A DNA stretch of 64,000 nucleotides from a virus (taxonomy: Duplodnaviria > Heunggongvirae > Uroviricota > Caudoviricetes), in the IMG/VR virus record IMGVR_UViG_3300011904_000029, positions 6,312 to 70,311 of that record. The stretch is one strand, 5' to 3'. The translations under genes and the position numbers were made by a program. The notes beneath the pieces are model-generated. The model had not been told where the DNA came from, did no database searches, and saw only the letters and a list, made by a program, of their open reading frames with translations. This document shows, in pieces, positions 40,032 through 49,728 of this stretch. Positions within the stretch are counted from its first letter, which is position 1. The number at the start of each line of letters is the position of its first letter.

Positions 40032-40465
40032 TTTACCTATCTCCTTTTATCTCAGTTTTTCTCTTGCTTATTCCGTTTTTCACCGTCAATTTCTCATTAA
40101 AATAATTGTTTTATACATAAATTTATTTTCCTTTTGATTCTTGTAATAAATGATCTGTTAATAAATAAATAATTTCCTGTGCATTCTCAAGTATGTAATG
40201 TATATCACCTACAACTGCTTTGTTATTACCATCTTTATAATTTATTATTCCCCTATGACAACTATCAATAATTTTCAAAAGTTTATCTTGAACAATCACA
40301 TTATCAACCTCCTCCTTAACTATAAGTCACATTATTTTAATTGTCAACAATATTTTATTTTATATTTAATAGACGTTACAATGAGCACTCTAGGCATCTT
40401 TTACTTAATAATTTCTAAAAGATGCCTAATAAAATTCGATAGCAGGCAAGTTAATTTTCATGATT

Positions 40466-40798
40466 TTATGATGATGCTGCTTTAAGTGAATAAGAAGTGT
40501 TTAATGACACCCCTTCACTTTGTGGCAACTTAACTCCTAGTGTTTCCAATAAAAACTTTCTCATAATATTCTTTTCAGTCTTATGTAAATCAAATCCAGA
40601 ATCATCAAAACCATAATCAATCTCTTCTACTGGGTGCATTGTTATTTTATTTTGTATAAAATCTATATGTGTGTAGACATAATGCTTACTATCGACAAAT
40701 CCTCTAGTGATAAACTTAACTGGTATAATTGCAACTAACTCCTCTTCGTCCCATTCTTCAATGTAATCAAAAAATTCCTTCTCTAAGTTGATTTTCAA
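40466..40798 (-). CDS. hypothetical protein
   Basis: 110-aa ORF. Confidence 0.4.
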   Translation of the reverse strand: MKINLEKEFFDYIEEWDEEELVAIIPVKFITRGFVDSKHYVYTHIDFIQNKITMHPVEEIDYGFDDSGFDLHKTEKNIMRKFLLETLGVKLPQSEGVSLNTSYSLKAASS

Positions 40799-40957
40799 GA
40801 CAATATCCCCTTTTTCATTTATTTTTCTCTAGCCCATCAAACAGCAATTAAATTATTTCTCCTTTCTTTAATATCAAAAAACAGAACGAATGTTCCCTTT
40901 AATTATATGGCTTGTTCTGTTTTTATGCAACAGTCAAAGTTTTAATATTTTTATCTA

Positions 40958-40986
40958 TTGCCAACACTTACCAGAACAAATAAAAT
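40958..40986 (+). promoter_or_regulatory. plus-strand promoter TTGCCA-17-TAAAAT for XRE regulator
   Basis: -35 40958-40963, 17-nt spacer, -10 40981-40986, AAAGGAG RBS 41009-41015, ATG 41023. Confidence 0.5.
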
Positions 40987-41022
40987 TAAATTGTACGTCT
41001 AATAATAAAAAGGAGCTTTCCG

Positions 41023-41235
41023 ATGAAAAAGATAGAAGTCGGAAAGTGCTTACTTCCTGAACTTTTGTATGAGCGTAAAATGACACAAGTTGATCTTGAA
41101 ACTAAAACCGGAATTGATCGTAGACAAATTAATTCCTATATCAAAGGTCATAGGAGGATGTCTCTAGTTAATGCGAAAATTATTGCTACCGCATTAAAGT
41201 GTGTCATTGATGACTTATACGAGTGGAAAGGGTAA
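41023..41235 (+). CDS. XRE-family helix-turn-helix transcriptional regulator (YopS-like position)
   Basis: 70 aa; LLYERKMTQVDLETKTGIDRRQINSYIKGHRRMSLVNAKIIATAL is a classic Cro/CI-type HTH; divergent from the repressor-like operon. Confidence 0.65.
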   Translation: MKKIEVGKCLLPELLYERKMTQVDLETKTGIDRRQINSYIKGHRRMSLVNAKIIATALKCVIDDLYEWKG

Positions 41236-41466
41236 GTACGGTGGCTGAATGCCACTGGTTGCTAATCATCGAAAACGATGATTTAACACTACCTTTTTCC
41301 TATAAATTATACAACGCTTATATAGTATTTACTATATAAAATTCCAAATTATACTAGTTATTGTTCGTTGTACAATTTATACAAAAACCACTTCATATAT
41401 TTATTTAATTTTTATGTATAAATCTTAACCTATTCTATACAGTAGGTCAAGATTTAGAAGCATATA

Positions 41467-42462
41467 TTACCCATATAATTTTTCGACATTTTTTTCATTT
41501 ACAAACTGTTTTATATATGCCGTATTGTAATAAGTGTAGTCCTTCACAGTTATGGGGCTTAAATTGTACTTAATTGCTATCTTTTCAAATTCTTCATATT
41601 CGATTTCATTTGAGAACCCTTTTTCTTTTTTATCTTGAAGCAGCTTATATGCCATATAAATCATCCCTGATCTTGTCAATGACTTTGGTGTTATATCTTG
41701 AAAGTCGAAAAGTTCCGCAATCATTTTTATTCTATTCAATATTGTTATCTGACTAACTCTTTCTCCTTCCTTAACTCTGCCTCTTCTAACGTTTTTAATT
41801 ACATAATCACTCTCAACGATCTGAGAAGTTGAAAATCTCCCTTCTTCAACTGTTCCATTCCTGTTTAAATATTCATCATTACTATAATGAGCCTGTCTTA
41901 TTAACTCAATAACATCGTCTTCAAAATAGACAAATCTTTCTCCTTTTACATCATCATATAATCTCACTTTCCCAGTTTCTTCTTCTACATCAGCCCATCT
42001 TAAGTTTCTTAACTCACTGCTCTCTGTGCCATAAACTCCCTCAAATAATAAACGTAAAACCACTCTATCTTGAATATTTACTAAGTTGTTATATATATAA
42101 TCGAGTTCCTGTTTTGAAATAAACTGCTTAATGTCTTTATCAATAAACTGTCTATACCATTCTCTGTCTAAATTCTGCATAGGATGAATGTTGCTTGTTC
42201 GTAAATTATTCTTAATAGCCCACGCTATATATTGTGAAATAAAATTTCCTCTTGTTACTGCTACATTTAACGATTTGGGGTTTGAGTTAGCAATTACAGA
42301 ACCAATTTGATCTAGTGAAAAATCATACAAATCTTTCCCTAAAGGGACTTCATTCCCATAGGCATAATAAAAAATATACTCTACAACGTTTCTTGTCGTT
42401 TCACTATCATAGGCATCATTTAAAAATCTTTTTTTGATATCTTCATTATACATTTTATGCAT
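41467..42462 (-). CDS. tyrosine-recombinase-fold protein with degenerate active site (YopR-like repressor candidate)
   Basis: 331 aa; box I-like VLRLLFEGVYGTESSELRNLRWADV retained but box II reads SLTRSG (His replaced by Ser). Confidence 0.45.
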   Translation of the reverse strand: MHKMYNEDIKKRFLNDAYDSETTRNVVEYIFYYAYGNEVPLGKDLYDFSLDQIGSVIANSNPKSLNVAVTRGNFISQYIAWAIKNNLRTSNIHPMQNLDREWYRQFIDKDIKQFISKQELDYIYNNLVNIQDRVVLRLLFEGVYGTESSELRNLRWADVEEETGKVRLYDDVKGERFVYFEDDVIELIRQAHYSNDEYLNRNGTVEEGRFSTSQIVESDYVIKNVRRGRVKEGERVSQITILNRIKMIAELFDFQDITPKSLTRSGMIYMAYKLLQDKKEKGFSNEIEYEEFEKIAIKYNLSPITVKDYTYYNTAYIKQFVNEKNVEKLYG

Positions 42463-42463
42463 A

Positions 42464-43828
42464 CTAAGATTTCACCATACCCTTTACGTCTATTTCTTTA
42501 AAGTAATTTGCAATATTTTTTCTTAATTGATTTGTGTCTCTTTCAATATTACCTTTCTCATTTAACACACCAATATCTTTCCATAATGGATTGTCTTTTG
42601 AGAAATCAATGCTCTTTACAACCTTTCTGATTTCTTTTGCTTTTATATCAGATTCATACATACGTCTTGCTATGACAATATATCCCACAAACACGTTATT
42701 GTCATTAATCAATGAATTCTTTCTTGTTTCTTCAACTTTAAAAATAAACTCGTCTTGATAAGACCCAATTAGCATATTGAAAAATTCAACAAGAAAATCT
42801 CCTACATCCGCTGCGTCTGCACGGGTATTCATGATAAATTCTTGATCTATTGTATCTGCCAACACGTTATACGAAACTAATTCGTTTGCAATTGTTCTTA
42901 CTCTATTCGTTTGAGAAATCCTACCCTCTAGATCGCTTTCCGTCTTAAGCTGCTGAACAACACTGTCCGAGTACCTTTTCGATTCCCACTCTTGAACTCT
43001 TACGGTAGAGATAGGGGTAGCTTTTGCTACCTGAGCCTGTTCAGCTCTAAATTTCTTTTTTGTAAAATTACTTATGACAACAATGAAGTCATGCTGAATA
43101 TCTTTGTTGTTCATCAAAGCGTTTCTAATGGCAGTAATTCTGTGAAACCCATCACCAATCGCAAGTTCAGTTCCTTTATTTATCTGTAATGTCTGATGCG
43201 TGGGATCATACTCTAATTCATTTCCGGTTTCACTACTTCTTACTAACGCATTCCAAACTAATGGAGGAGTTGTTTTTGCTAATGTTCCATTGATGAGATG
43301 TTGCTCAATTTCTCTTACATTTGTCATCATCAACTTTGGCTTTTTTCTTACTGTCCCATCTTTGCCCTTCACTAATACAGCCTCTCTTTGTAATTCGTAA
43401 TCGTAAATTAATAATTGATTTTCAACTAACTCATTAATAGTATGCATATCGATCCTTACAGAAAATACGCCATCTCCCTCTACTCTAGCGTTTTTCAAAA
43501 CTATAGGAAAGTCAACTTCTTCACGATAGACAGATGCATCATATGTTTTTGCTATATCTTTTTCAACATCAGTAAAATAATCACTTGGATTTATATTATA
43601 AGTAACGCCGCATTTTGCGTAAATCTGCTCAGTAATTAAATATAACTCCCTAATATCTAAATTAGATAGCGATTCTTTCGCATTACTGATCCATGTTTGA
43701 ACTTCTCCAGCTAATATATTGTGTTTGCTTACTAAGTGTAATTTAATATCATTAATAATTTTCTTATCTCTTTTAATAGCTTGGATAGCTTGAGTAAGAT
43801 TTTCTTCTAATAACTCTCTATCATTCAT
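42464..43828 (-). CDS. DGQHR-domain (DndB/ParB-like nuclease superfamily) protein
   Basis: 454 aa; motif ELAIGDGFHRITAIRNAL corresponds to the DGQHR signature of DndB-like proteins. Confidence 0.5.
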   Translation of the reverse strand: MNDRELLEENLTQAIQAIKRDKKIINDIKLHLVSKHNILAGEVQTWISNAKESLSNLDIRELYLITEQIYAKCGVTYNINPSDYFTDVEKDIAKTYDASVYREEVDFPIVLKNARVEGDGVFSVRIDMHTINELVENQLLIYDYELQREAVLVKGKDGTVRKKPKLMMTNVREIEQHLINGTLAKTTPPLVWNALVRSSETGNELEYDPTHQTLQINKGTELAIGDGFHRITAIRNALMNNKDIQHDFIVVISNFTKKKFRAEQAQVAKATPISTVRVQEWESKRYSDSVVQQLKTESDLEGRISQTNRVRTIANELVSYNVLADTIDQEFIMNTRADAADVGDFLVEFFNMLIGSYQDEFIFKVEETRKNSLINDNNVFVGYIVIARRMYESDIKAKEIRKVVKSIDFSKDNPLWKDIGVLNEKGNIERDTNQLRKNIANYFKEIDVKGMVKS

Positions 43829-43897
43829 CTATTTCACCTCATTTATATATTACATTAAGCAATGACACCTGTAAAACAGTTATTAATATAAATTTAT

Positions 43898-45400
43898 TTA
43901 CCCAATTTGATCATAGTCTTCTTTATACATCCATCTGTATCCACCAGCTGATTTTCGGCGACCTTGGCAAACTAGTGATATTCCATTAGCACTTTTCATA
44001 TTTAAATGCTTTCTTGCTTTTCCCATACTTTCCCATGATTTGATAAATCTTCCATCATGTGTCAGCTGAACAATTTCTTTTGATTTTATTAGCGCCCCTG
44101 TATTTTTCTTTGAATCATAATCACACCAACCGATTTTGGCTCCCTGTTTTAAGAATTTAATTGCTGTATTTCTTCCTATATTAAGTGTTTTAGATATCTT
44201 TAATGAGCACCTTACTCCCATATTCCATAAATCACTTGCATCTTTTACTAATGTTGAACAAGCAAATTCGTGACACTTTAACCACTCAATATTGGAAAAA
44301 TTGATTAGATTTATAATATCGCTATTTAGAATACCTACTTTTATCCAGTCTATATTTGAATATCTACAATCCAATACAATATAATTAGCAATTCCGTTTT
44401 CTTTAGCTAATTCTTTTTTTAATTTGTCGTTCTTTTTAACTTCAATTAGGCTACCTCCTTTAAATCCTTCTTCATAATGCTGTAACCCATGTGTCTCTAT
44501 TATCATATTTAAATCAGGAATATAAAAGTCATACCTCTTATATCCAACAATATCCTCATCTTTAAGTTTTACATTTTTTGACCAACTAAATATTTTCTGT
44601 GTTTCAAATTCCATGTTTAATTGCATGAATATGCCAATAACGAATTTTTCTGGATAACTAAATCCATCAGAACATCTTGAGCAGCTAAATCCTTGATTGA
44701 CAACATTATCTATAAATTTCATTTCTGAGTTACTACATTTTGGACAAGTAAACCTTAGTTTTCTTTGACTCCCTTTAGATACTTCATATCCTATGCGGGG
44801 ATCAGATAAAAGACTCGCTACATCAGGATTAGTCGCCCATAGGCAATTCGTATGATTTACTTTTTTTCCAGTACAATATGGGCAATTATTACCATTAACT
44901 TTATTAGCTATTGTCATGGAATATTCACTTTTGCATAATAAACAATTCCACTTATACTTGATTCCAGAAGACTTAAATATCTTGTCTGGCGTACAATCAT
45001 TTTTATTACTAAACTCAAGCAATATATAGTTTTTATTATTTTCTTTTACCCAATATTCTAAAGTGTGTTCATACGACATAATTTCTCTTTTAGTTATTTC
45101 GGCTTTTATACTACCACATCTTCTACACCTATCAATTCCATCTCCAGCTTGTCGACTTGAGATAATTTTAGAATAACTTTGATTCTTAATCACCTCATTA
45201 CAGTCATCACAAATCTTAGTAACCTTTACATTAGAATTTTTAGGTAGATCGCTGACGCTTATTAGTATTTTTGTATTAGGTGGAACTGTTAGTCTTCCTT
45301 GATTATTTTTACGTCTTGGTATGTGATACCCCAATAATTCATAATATTTATCAGTTTTTAATCCACATCTTACCCATATTTCTTTCTCTAATATAGCCAA
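43898..45400 (-). CDS. zinc-ribbon / PD-(D/E)XK-like homing endonuclease paralog (family 3 of 3) with C-terminal NUMOD1-like DNA-binding tail
   Basis: 500 aa; CxxC...GH repeats; YDFYIPDLNMIIETHGLQHYEE...KENGIANYIVLD nuclease block; C-terminal ...SAGGYRWMYKEDY. Confidence 0.55.
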   Translation of the reverse strand: MAILEKEIWVRCGLKTDKYYELLGYHIPRRKNNQGRLTVPPNTKILISVSDLPKNSNVKVTKICDDCNEVIKNQSYSKIISSRQAGDGIDRCRRCGSIKAEITKREIMSYEHTLEYWVKENNKNYILLEFSNKNDCTPDKIFKSSGIKYKWNCLLCKSEYSMTIANKVNGNNCPYCTGKKVNHTNCLWATNPDVASLLSDPRIGYEVSKGSQRKLRFTCPKCSNSEMKFIDNVVNQGFSCSRCSDGFSYPEKFVIGIFMQLNMEFETQKIFSWSKNVKLKDEDIVGYKRYDFYIPDLNMIIETHGLQHYEEGFKGGSLIEVKKNDKLKKELAKENGIANYIVLDCRYSNIDWIKVGILNSDIINLINFSNIEWLKCHEFACSTLVKDASDLWNMGVRCSLKISKTLNIGRNTAIKFLKQGAKIGWCDYDSKKNTGALIKSKEIVQLTHDGRFIKSWESMGKARKHLNMKSANGISLVCQGRRKSAGGYRWMYKEDYDQIG

Positions 45401-45424
45401 TATTACACCCCCTGTAAAACTTTT

Positions 45425-46465
45425 TCAGTCGCCTAATTGTGTCATTTCTTTTAGTTTTAAATTTAACAATAATATTTGATCCTTAGTAAGAGATGAAATG
45501 CCTTTCAACAACTCTTCATGAGAAACTTTTTTAAATAATTGATCATCAATATCACCCTTGCTAGACACAGCTCCCAATACACCCAAATCACGTTCGCCAA
45601 TATATATCAGCAGATTCTCCATATTCTTATGTCCAGAAGCCTTTTTTGCTTGTAGTAAGTCATTTGTCAAGCGATACTGGAACGTTACTCCGGCTTTACG
45701 AAATGAATGGAAGACCACATTTCTCTTATCTTCAAATTTTAATTGCCTTTTTATATAATTCATCATACTTTGAATTGAGGTATCACTTATATCAAATACT
45801 TTATTTGTACCTGATTCATTTTTTATTTGAACTAATTCTTCATAAAACTCTTTAGAGATTCTTAAATTCCTCTCTTCATTCCCCTTATCAACTGCCCTAA
45901 TCTCAACCTCATCATCATGTAAAATAAAATCATCCCAAGTCAAATTTAATAATGCACTTTTACGTAGGCATGTATCCATTGCAGTAAGGATTAGATAATA
46001 TTTTGTTAGACGCTTTCTACCTCTAGGTTGATTTTTTACTAGTTCTGCTGCCTGAAAAACCTCCTCAACTGTTAACACTCCATGATGATTTTTTCCTTCC
46101 TTAAGCCTATCTGCCTCATCAAATGCTGCCAGATTTTCTATATAACCTCTTCTATATAGCTGTCCATAAAATTGATTAACCGTTGAAATTTTCCTGTTTA
46201 TAGATTTATTTAATAATCCTCTGTCATTCTTTAGATAAATTTGAAACTTTACTATATCATCATCATTTAATTTAACATCATTTTTATTTAAAAATTCAAT
46301 TTCTTTTTTAGCTTTAAACTTAAAAAAATCTCTAATGTCGCTATCATAAGCTTCTCTTGTTTTTAGACTCTCACTTCTCATTGTTTTCTTTTCTAAGAAT
46401 AATATGATCTGTTCGTATATTTCTGATCGATTAATTTCAACGACCTCAGCCAACATTATAACCAC
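45425..46465 (-). CDS. tyrosine recombinase / integrase-family protein (catalytic residues intact)
   Basis: 346 aa; box I AMDTCLRKSALLNLTWDDF, box II VVFHSFRKAGVTFQYRL, GHKNMENLLIYIGE with candidate Tyr nucleophile. Confidence 0.65.
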   Translation of the reverse strand: MVIMLAEVVEINRSEIYEQIILFLEKKTMRSESLKTREAYDSDIRDFFKFKAKKEIEFLNKNDVKLNDDDIVKFQIYLKNDRGLLNKSINRKISTVNQFYGQLYRRGYIENLAAFDEADRLKEGKNHHGVLTVEEVFQAAELVKNQPRGRKRLTKYYLILTAMDTCLRKSALLNLTWDDFILHDDEVEIRAVDKGNEERNLRISKEFYEELVQIKNESGTNKVFDISDTSIQSMMNYIKRQLKFEDKRNVVFHSFRKAGVTFQYRLTNDLLQAKKASGHKNMENLLIYIGERDLGVLGAVSSKGDIDDQLFKKVSHEELLKGISSLTKDQILLLNLKLKEMTQLGD

Positions 46466-46682
46466 TCCTTAATAATTTAATTCCTTCTCAAGAATCATTA
46501 CAATATTCTTTGCTTCCCTATAAAGCCTTTGTTTGTCCTTTTTAGTCCATTTCTTAAGGTTTCTCTTTATGTATCCAAACGTATTTGACGACACTTCTCC
46601 CATCCTCTCCATTCATTATATATTATTATGTTCAAAAGTACAAATTATAACTATTATATAAATTTATTTATCTTTAGTTCTT

Positions 46683-46710
46683 ATTATAGCACAAATTGTT
46701 CTTAATTCAA
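46683..46710 (-). promoter_or_regulatory. promoter TTGAAT-16-TGcTATAAT (extended -10) upstream of recombinase operon
   Basis: minus strand TTGAATtaagaacaatttgtgcTATAAT; -35 46705-46710, -10 46683-46688. Confidence 0.45.
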
Positions 46711-46741
46711 TGCAAAAATGCCAGTTTTTTAATTTATTAAA

Positions 46742-46767
46742 TAAAAAAGACCTGTATTAAACAGATC
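46742..46767 (-). terminator. intrinsic terminator (7-bp stem with one G-U, U-tract)
   Basis: minus strand GAUCUGUuuaauACAGGUC followed by UUUUUUAUUU. Confidence 0.45.
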
Positions 46768-47007
46768 CATTACTATGCATTAAAAGAGAGTTTTTATTTA
46801 GTATTCTAAGTATTCAATGTCAATTGAAATTAGATCCCCCCCTAAAATCCTCAATTCGATAGCAATTGTCTCCATCATAACTAATTACAATTCCTTTCGT
46901 CTCCCACCACATAGCATCATATGGATACATTACTTTAACTTTTTCGCCTTTTGCCAACATATTTTCAATACTCCCTCCAATAAATGCATGATTTTATTAT
47001 TGATTTG

Positions 47008-47340
47008 TTAAAGCTCTTTTATTATCTTCTCGATTGTTTTATACGGTATTGGATATAATGCAGTTAAAGTATTTTTAAAAATATCTTTATTCGAATCATA
47101 GATCTTTTTTATTCCTGACTCCGGAGAACAAGGACATTTTACTCTGCTGCAATATCTAATATCGTTAACAAACTTAGTGACTTCAATAATCATACTGTTC
47201 GTCACTTGTTTGGCTCGCTCAACGTCAAATTTTGAATAGTGTGTAGCATCAGTAGCTGCAACTAAATCATTTTCATAATAACCAATTAGCTGTCTCAATA
47301 AATTCACATATTCTGTTTTATCATTACTCATTATCTTCAT
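47008..47340 (-). CDS. hypothetical protein
   Basis: 110-aa ORF. Confidence 0.4.
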   Translation of the reverse strand: MKIMSNDKTEYVNLLRQLIGYYENDLVAATDATHYSKFDVERAKQVTNSMIIEVTKFVNDIRYCSRVKCPCSPESGIKKIYDSNKDIFKNTLTALYPIPYKTIEKIIKEL

Positions 47341-47393
47341 CTCCTCAAAAATTTTATGAATTTATTTAATGTTTTATCCAAACTACGCATTAA

Positions 47394-47666
47394 CTACTTA
47401 ACATATTCAACAAACTCTTGTCCTCTTTCACAAAATTCTCTTACCATAGCACAAACTAGTCCAAATGACATTCCCGAATGGCCTTGATTTTCGATTATTG
47501 TTTTTGCTTCATCAAGTGTTCCGTTACTATTTAACACACTTACTATATCTAGGCAATTTCCTAATTCCATACCATGATACAAATCATCAAGTCTGACAGG
47601 AACAATTTGATCCCAATAAGCCCATTTGTCTTCTGTTAAGACTTCTCTGCCTTTTTTTTCATCCAC
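47394..47666 (-). CDS. hypothetical protein
   Basis: 90-aa ORF. Confidence 0.35.
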   Translation of the reverse strand: MDEKKGREVLTEDKWAYWDQIVPVRLDDLYHGMELGNCLDIVSVLNSNGTLDEAKTIIENQGHSGMSFGLVCAMVREFCERGQEFVEYVK

Positions 47667-47941
47667 ATTTTTGCTAACTCTGGTATTTTTTCTTTATGCT
47701 CTTTTTCTTTTCTATCGTATTCATCACGCCAATTTTTCTGATCTCTGTCAAATTCCGCTTTTGTTTTGCCAGTTATATCTTTATAAGCACCGTCCATAGT
47801 TACAGTATCTGAATATAGGGTGACTCCATTAAATTCCCCTTTTACTAACAACCCTTTACTCTTGTAATTTAACAATTCTTTTACGGCTTCTTCGATTGTT
47901 TCACCTGCTAAAAAACTTATATCCTTATAATTTTTAACCAT
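47636..47941 (-). CDS. hypothetical protein
   Basis: 101-aa ORF. Confidence 0.35.
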   Translation of the reverse strand: MVKNYKDISFLAGETIEEAVKELLNYKSKGLLVKGEFNGVTLYSDTVTMDGAYKDITGKTKAEFDRDQKNWRDEYDRKEKEHKEKIPELAKMWMKKKAEKS

Positions 47942-48003
47942 CTCAATCCCTACTTTCTACATAATTTGTATTTTTTATATGATAAATTCCATATTTTATT
48001 TAT

Positions 48004-48546
48004 TTAGTTAATCTCACATGTTTTAGGGTGTAGTTTTGTTATTGTTCTATTTTTCTTCTTGGCATAATTTACACAGTTTGCTGTGCCACCCTTTGTTCCA
48101 TCCCAAACTGCTATAACATAATTAGAGTTATCCACCATCCACTTATTTCTCTCCTGCATACACCAGGGAGTGTATTCATCTTCTGATACATAATGGACTG
48201 TATCGGCCCTGTCTATTATTGATTGCCATTCATCTTGAGATTTTTTAGGCCATTTATTAGGGTGATTTTTACATGGAACTGCTGCAATCAGTTTAATATG
48301 AGGATATTTTTCCTTTAGTTTCAAAACAATTCTTGCTGCCCACATATCAATTCCTAATGCCATCCCAGAGATAAATGTATCAACATTATGTAACTCTATA
48401 TGATTAATAATTATTTCTCTAAGAGTGAACAGCATCTCTTTATTTCCTTCTGAAAACGGATCGTATCCATGTAATTTATTAGGTCTATGTCCAGTAAAAC
48501 AACAAACATACTCTCTTTCCAATATTGCAATCTCCTCCTCACACAT
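48004..48546 (-). CDS. DUF1273 / YpsA-YoqJ-like SLOG-family protein
   Basis: 180 aa; CCFTGHRPNKLHG, TFISGMALGIDMWAARIV and VIAVWDGTKGG align with the YpsA/YoqJ family pattern as recalled (ITGYKPFELG, ISGQLGVELWAAEAA). Confidence 0.5.
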   Translation of the reverse strand: MCEEEIAILEREYVCCFTGHRPNKLHGYDPFSEGNKEMLFTLREIIINHIELHNVDTFISGMALGIDMWAARIVLKLKEKYPHIKLIAAVPCKNHPNKWPKKSQDEWQSIIDRADTVHYVSEDEYTPWCMQERNKWMVDNSNYVIAVWDGTKGGTANCVNYAKKKNRTITKLHPKTCEIN

Positions 48547-48796
48547 TTAATTTGCTTACAATAAACTTCTCAATACGCTCTAAATCCTCTACTAGCTCTT
48601 TTAATGTGGTTGCAGTTGTTTCCATTACCTTCTTCTTAATCAGCCCATTCATAGCTGACTTAACGGTGCTGTAGTTCCCATGTACCTTCGGAATTTCTTT
48701 ACCGTCTTTATTAAAGTTCTTTCCTGTATACTCTCGAATAGAAAAAGCAGTTCCATCTGATTCCAAGTAAATATTTTTCTCAATATGCACTTTCAC
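48539..48796 (-). CDS. hypothetical protein
   Basis: 85-aa ORF. Confidence 0.35.
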   Translation of the reverse strand: MKVHIEKNIYLESDGTAFSIREYTGKNFNKDGKEIPKVHGNYSTVKSAMNGLIKKKVMETTATTLKELVEDLERIEKFIVSKLNV

Positions 48797-48865
48797 TTTC
48801 GTATCTCCTTTATTAATTTATTTCAATAAAACCAAACCATTAACTATTTGTACGTATTAATTTAA

Positions 48866-49648
48866 TTAATCTTTATCAATCAATGCCTCTATCCCTTTGC
48901 TGGAAAGAATGCTATGTATAAACAGCCTGCCTTTTTGCGTCCACTTTGTGTTCATTCGTGAATTTCCATGCTTATCTACATGTGTATTTGACTTTGTATA
49001 TCCCTTGTCGGCATGTTCAGCGTATAATAACCATTGCTTACTAAGTTTATATTGAACTTTTTCATTATGTAAAATCTTATTGAGTTTTTGAGCAGTAAGT
49101 CCATAATCTTTTGCAATCTGACTAATAGTTATTGTTCCCTTGGATTTTAGTATCTCATCATAATATGTAACTTTAGGCTCATATTCTTTAACCTGCTGTT
49201 CAAGCATTAGCTTTTCAGTTTCTATACGTTTCTTCTCTTCTTGTTCTTTAATCCATTGCTTTGCTCGTTCGATTGGATCTTCAATCATGTACGAATGTAA
49301 AACTACGCCTTGTTTTAATGTTTTCTCCATTTCCTCAAACTTTGTAACGTAAGTAGCAGTGAATAAAATCCCTTTTTCTCCAGTTAATTTATTTGCTACC
49401 ATATCGCAGCCTTTTTTAGTCAATAGATAATGTGGCTTCTCTCTTTTATAACTATCTAAATATGTGCTTTCTTTGAAGAAATTAGATGGGTTCAATTTTG
49501 TACCCATGTTAGAATTAGTCAAATAACCAATATATGTTCTAATATCCCTCATTAAGATTTTGTGCTCTTTACCAACCATATCTGCAACTTCTCTACTATC
49601 CACTAACAACTGACCATTTCGCTCCATAATTTCTAATTCTTTTATCAT
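48866..49648 (-). CDS. phage regulatory protein Rha / antirepressor (Rha N-domain plus Ant C-domain)
   Basis: 260 aa; N-terminal RNGQLLVDSREVADMVGKEHKILMRDIRTY matches the Rha family signature. Confidence 0.55.
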   Translation of the reverse strand: MIKELEIMERNGQLLVDSREVADMVGKEHKILMRDIRTYIGYLTNSNMGTKLNPSNFFKESTYLDSYKREKPHYLLTKKGCDMVANKLTGEKGILFTATYVTKFEEMEKTLKQGVVLHSYMIEDPIERAKQWIKEQEEKKRIETEKLMLEQQVKEYEPKVTYYDEILKSKGTITISQIAKDYGLTAQKLNKILHNEKVQYKLSKQWLLYAEHADKGYTKSNTHVDKHGNSRMNTKWTQKGRLFIHSILSSKGIEALIDKD

Positions 49649-49728
49649 TAAATCAATCTCCTTTTATCTTCTGTTTACTCCATTTTTATCTATCACACTT
49701 GCAATAAATCCAGTCATTTATTTAGAAT

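Noticed and set aside
40198-40485. 95-aa plus-strand ORF in an intergenic region
   Set aside because: No RBS; the region is better explained by a minus-strand 56-codon ORF with AGGAGG RBS, a TTGACA-17-TATAGT promoter and a 13-bp hairpin
46466-47007. Arbitrium-like peptide signalling locus (aimR/aimP/aimX) upstream of the yopP-like gene
   Set aside because: No TPR/HTH receptor of suitable size in the window; the 540-nt region holds only two small ORFs (about 55 and 48 codons) without signal peptides, plus a terminator and a promoter
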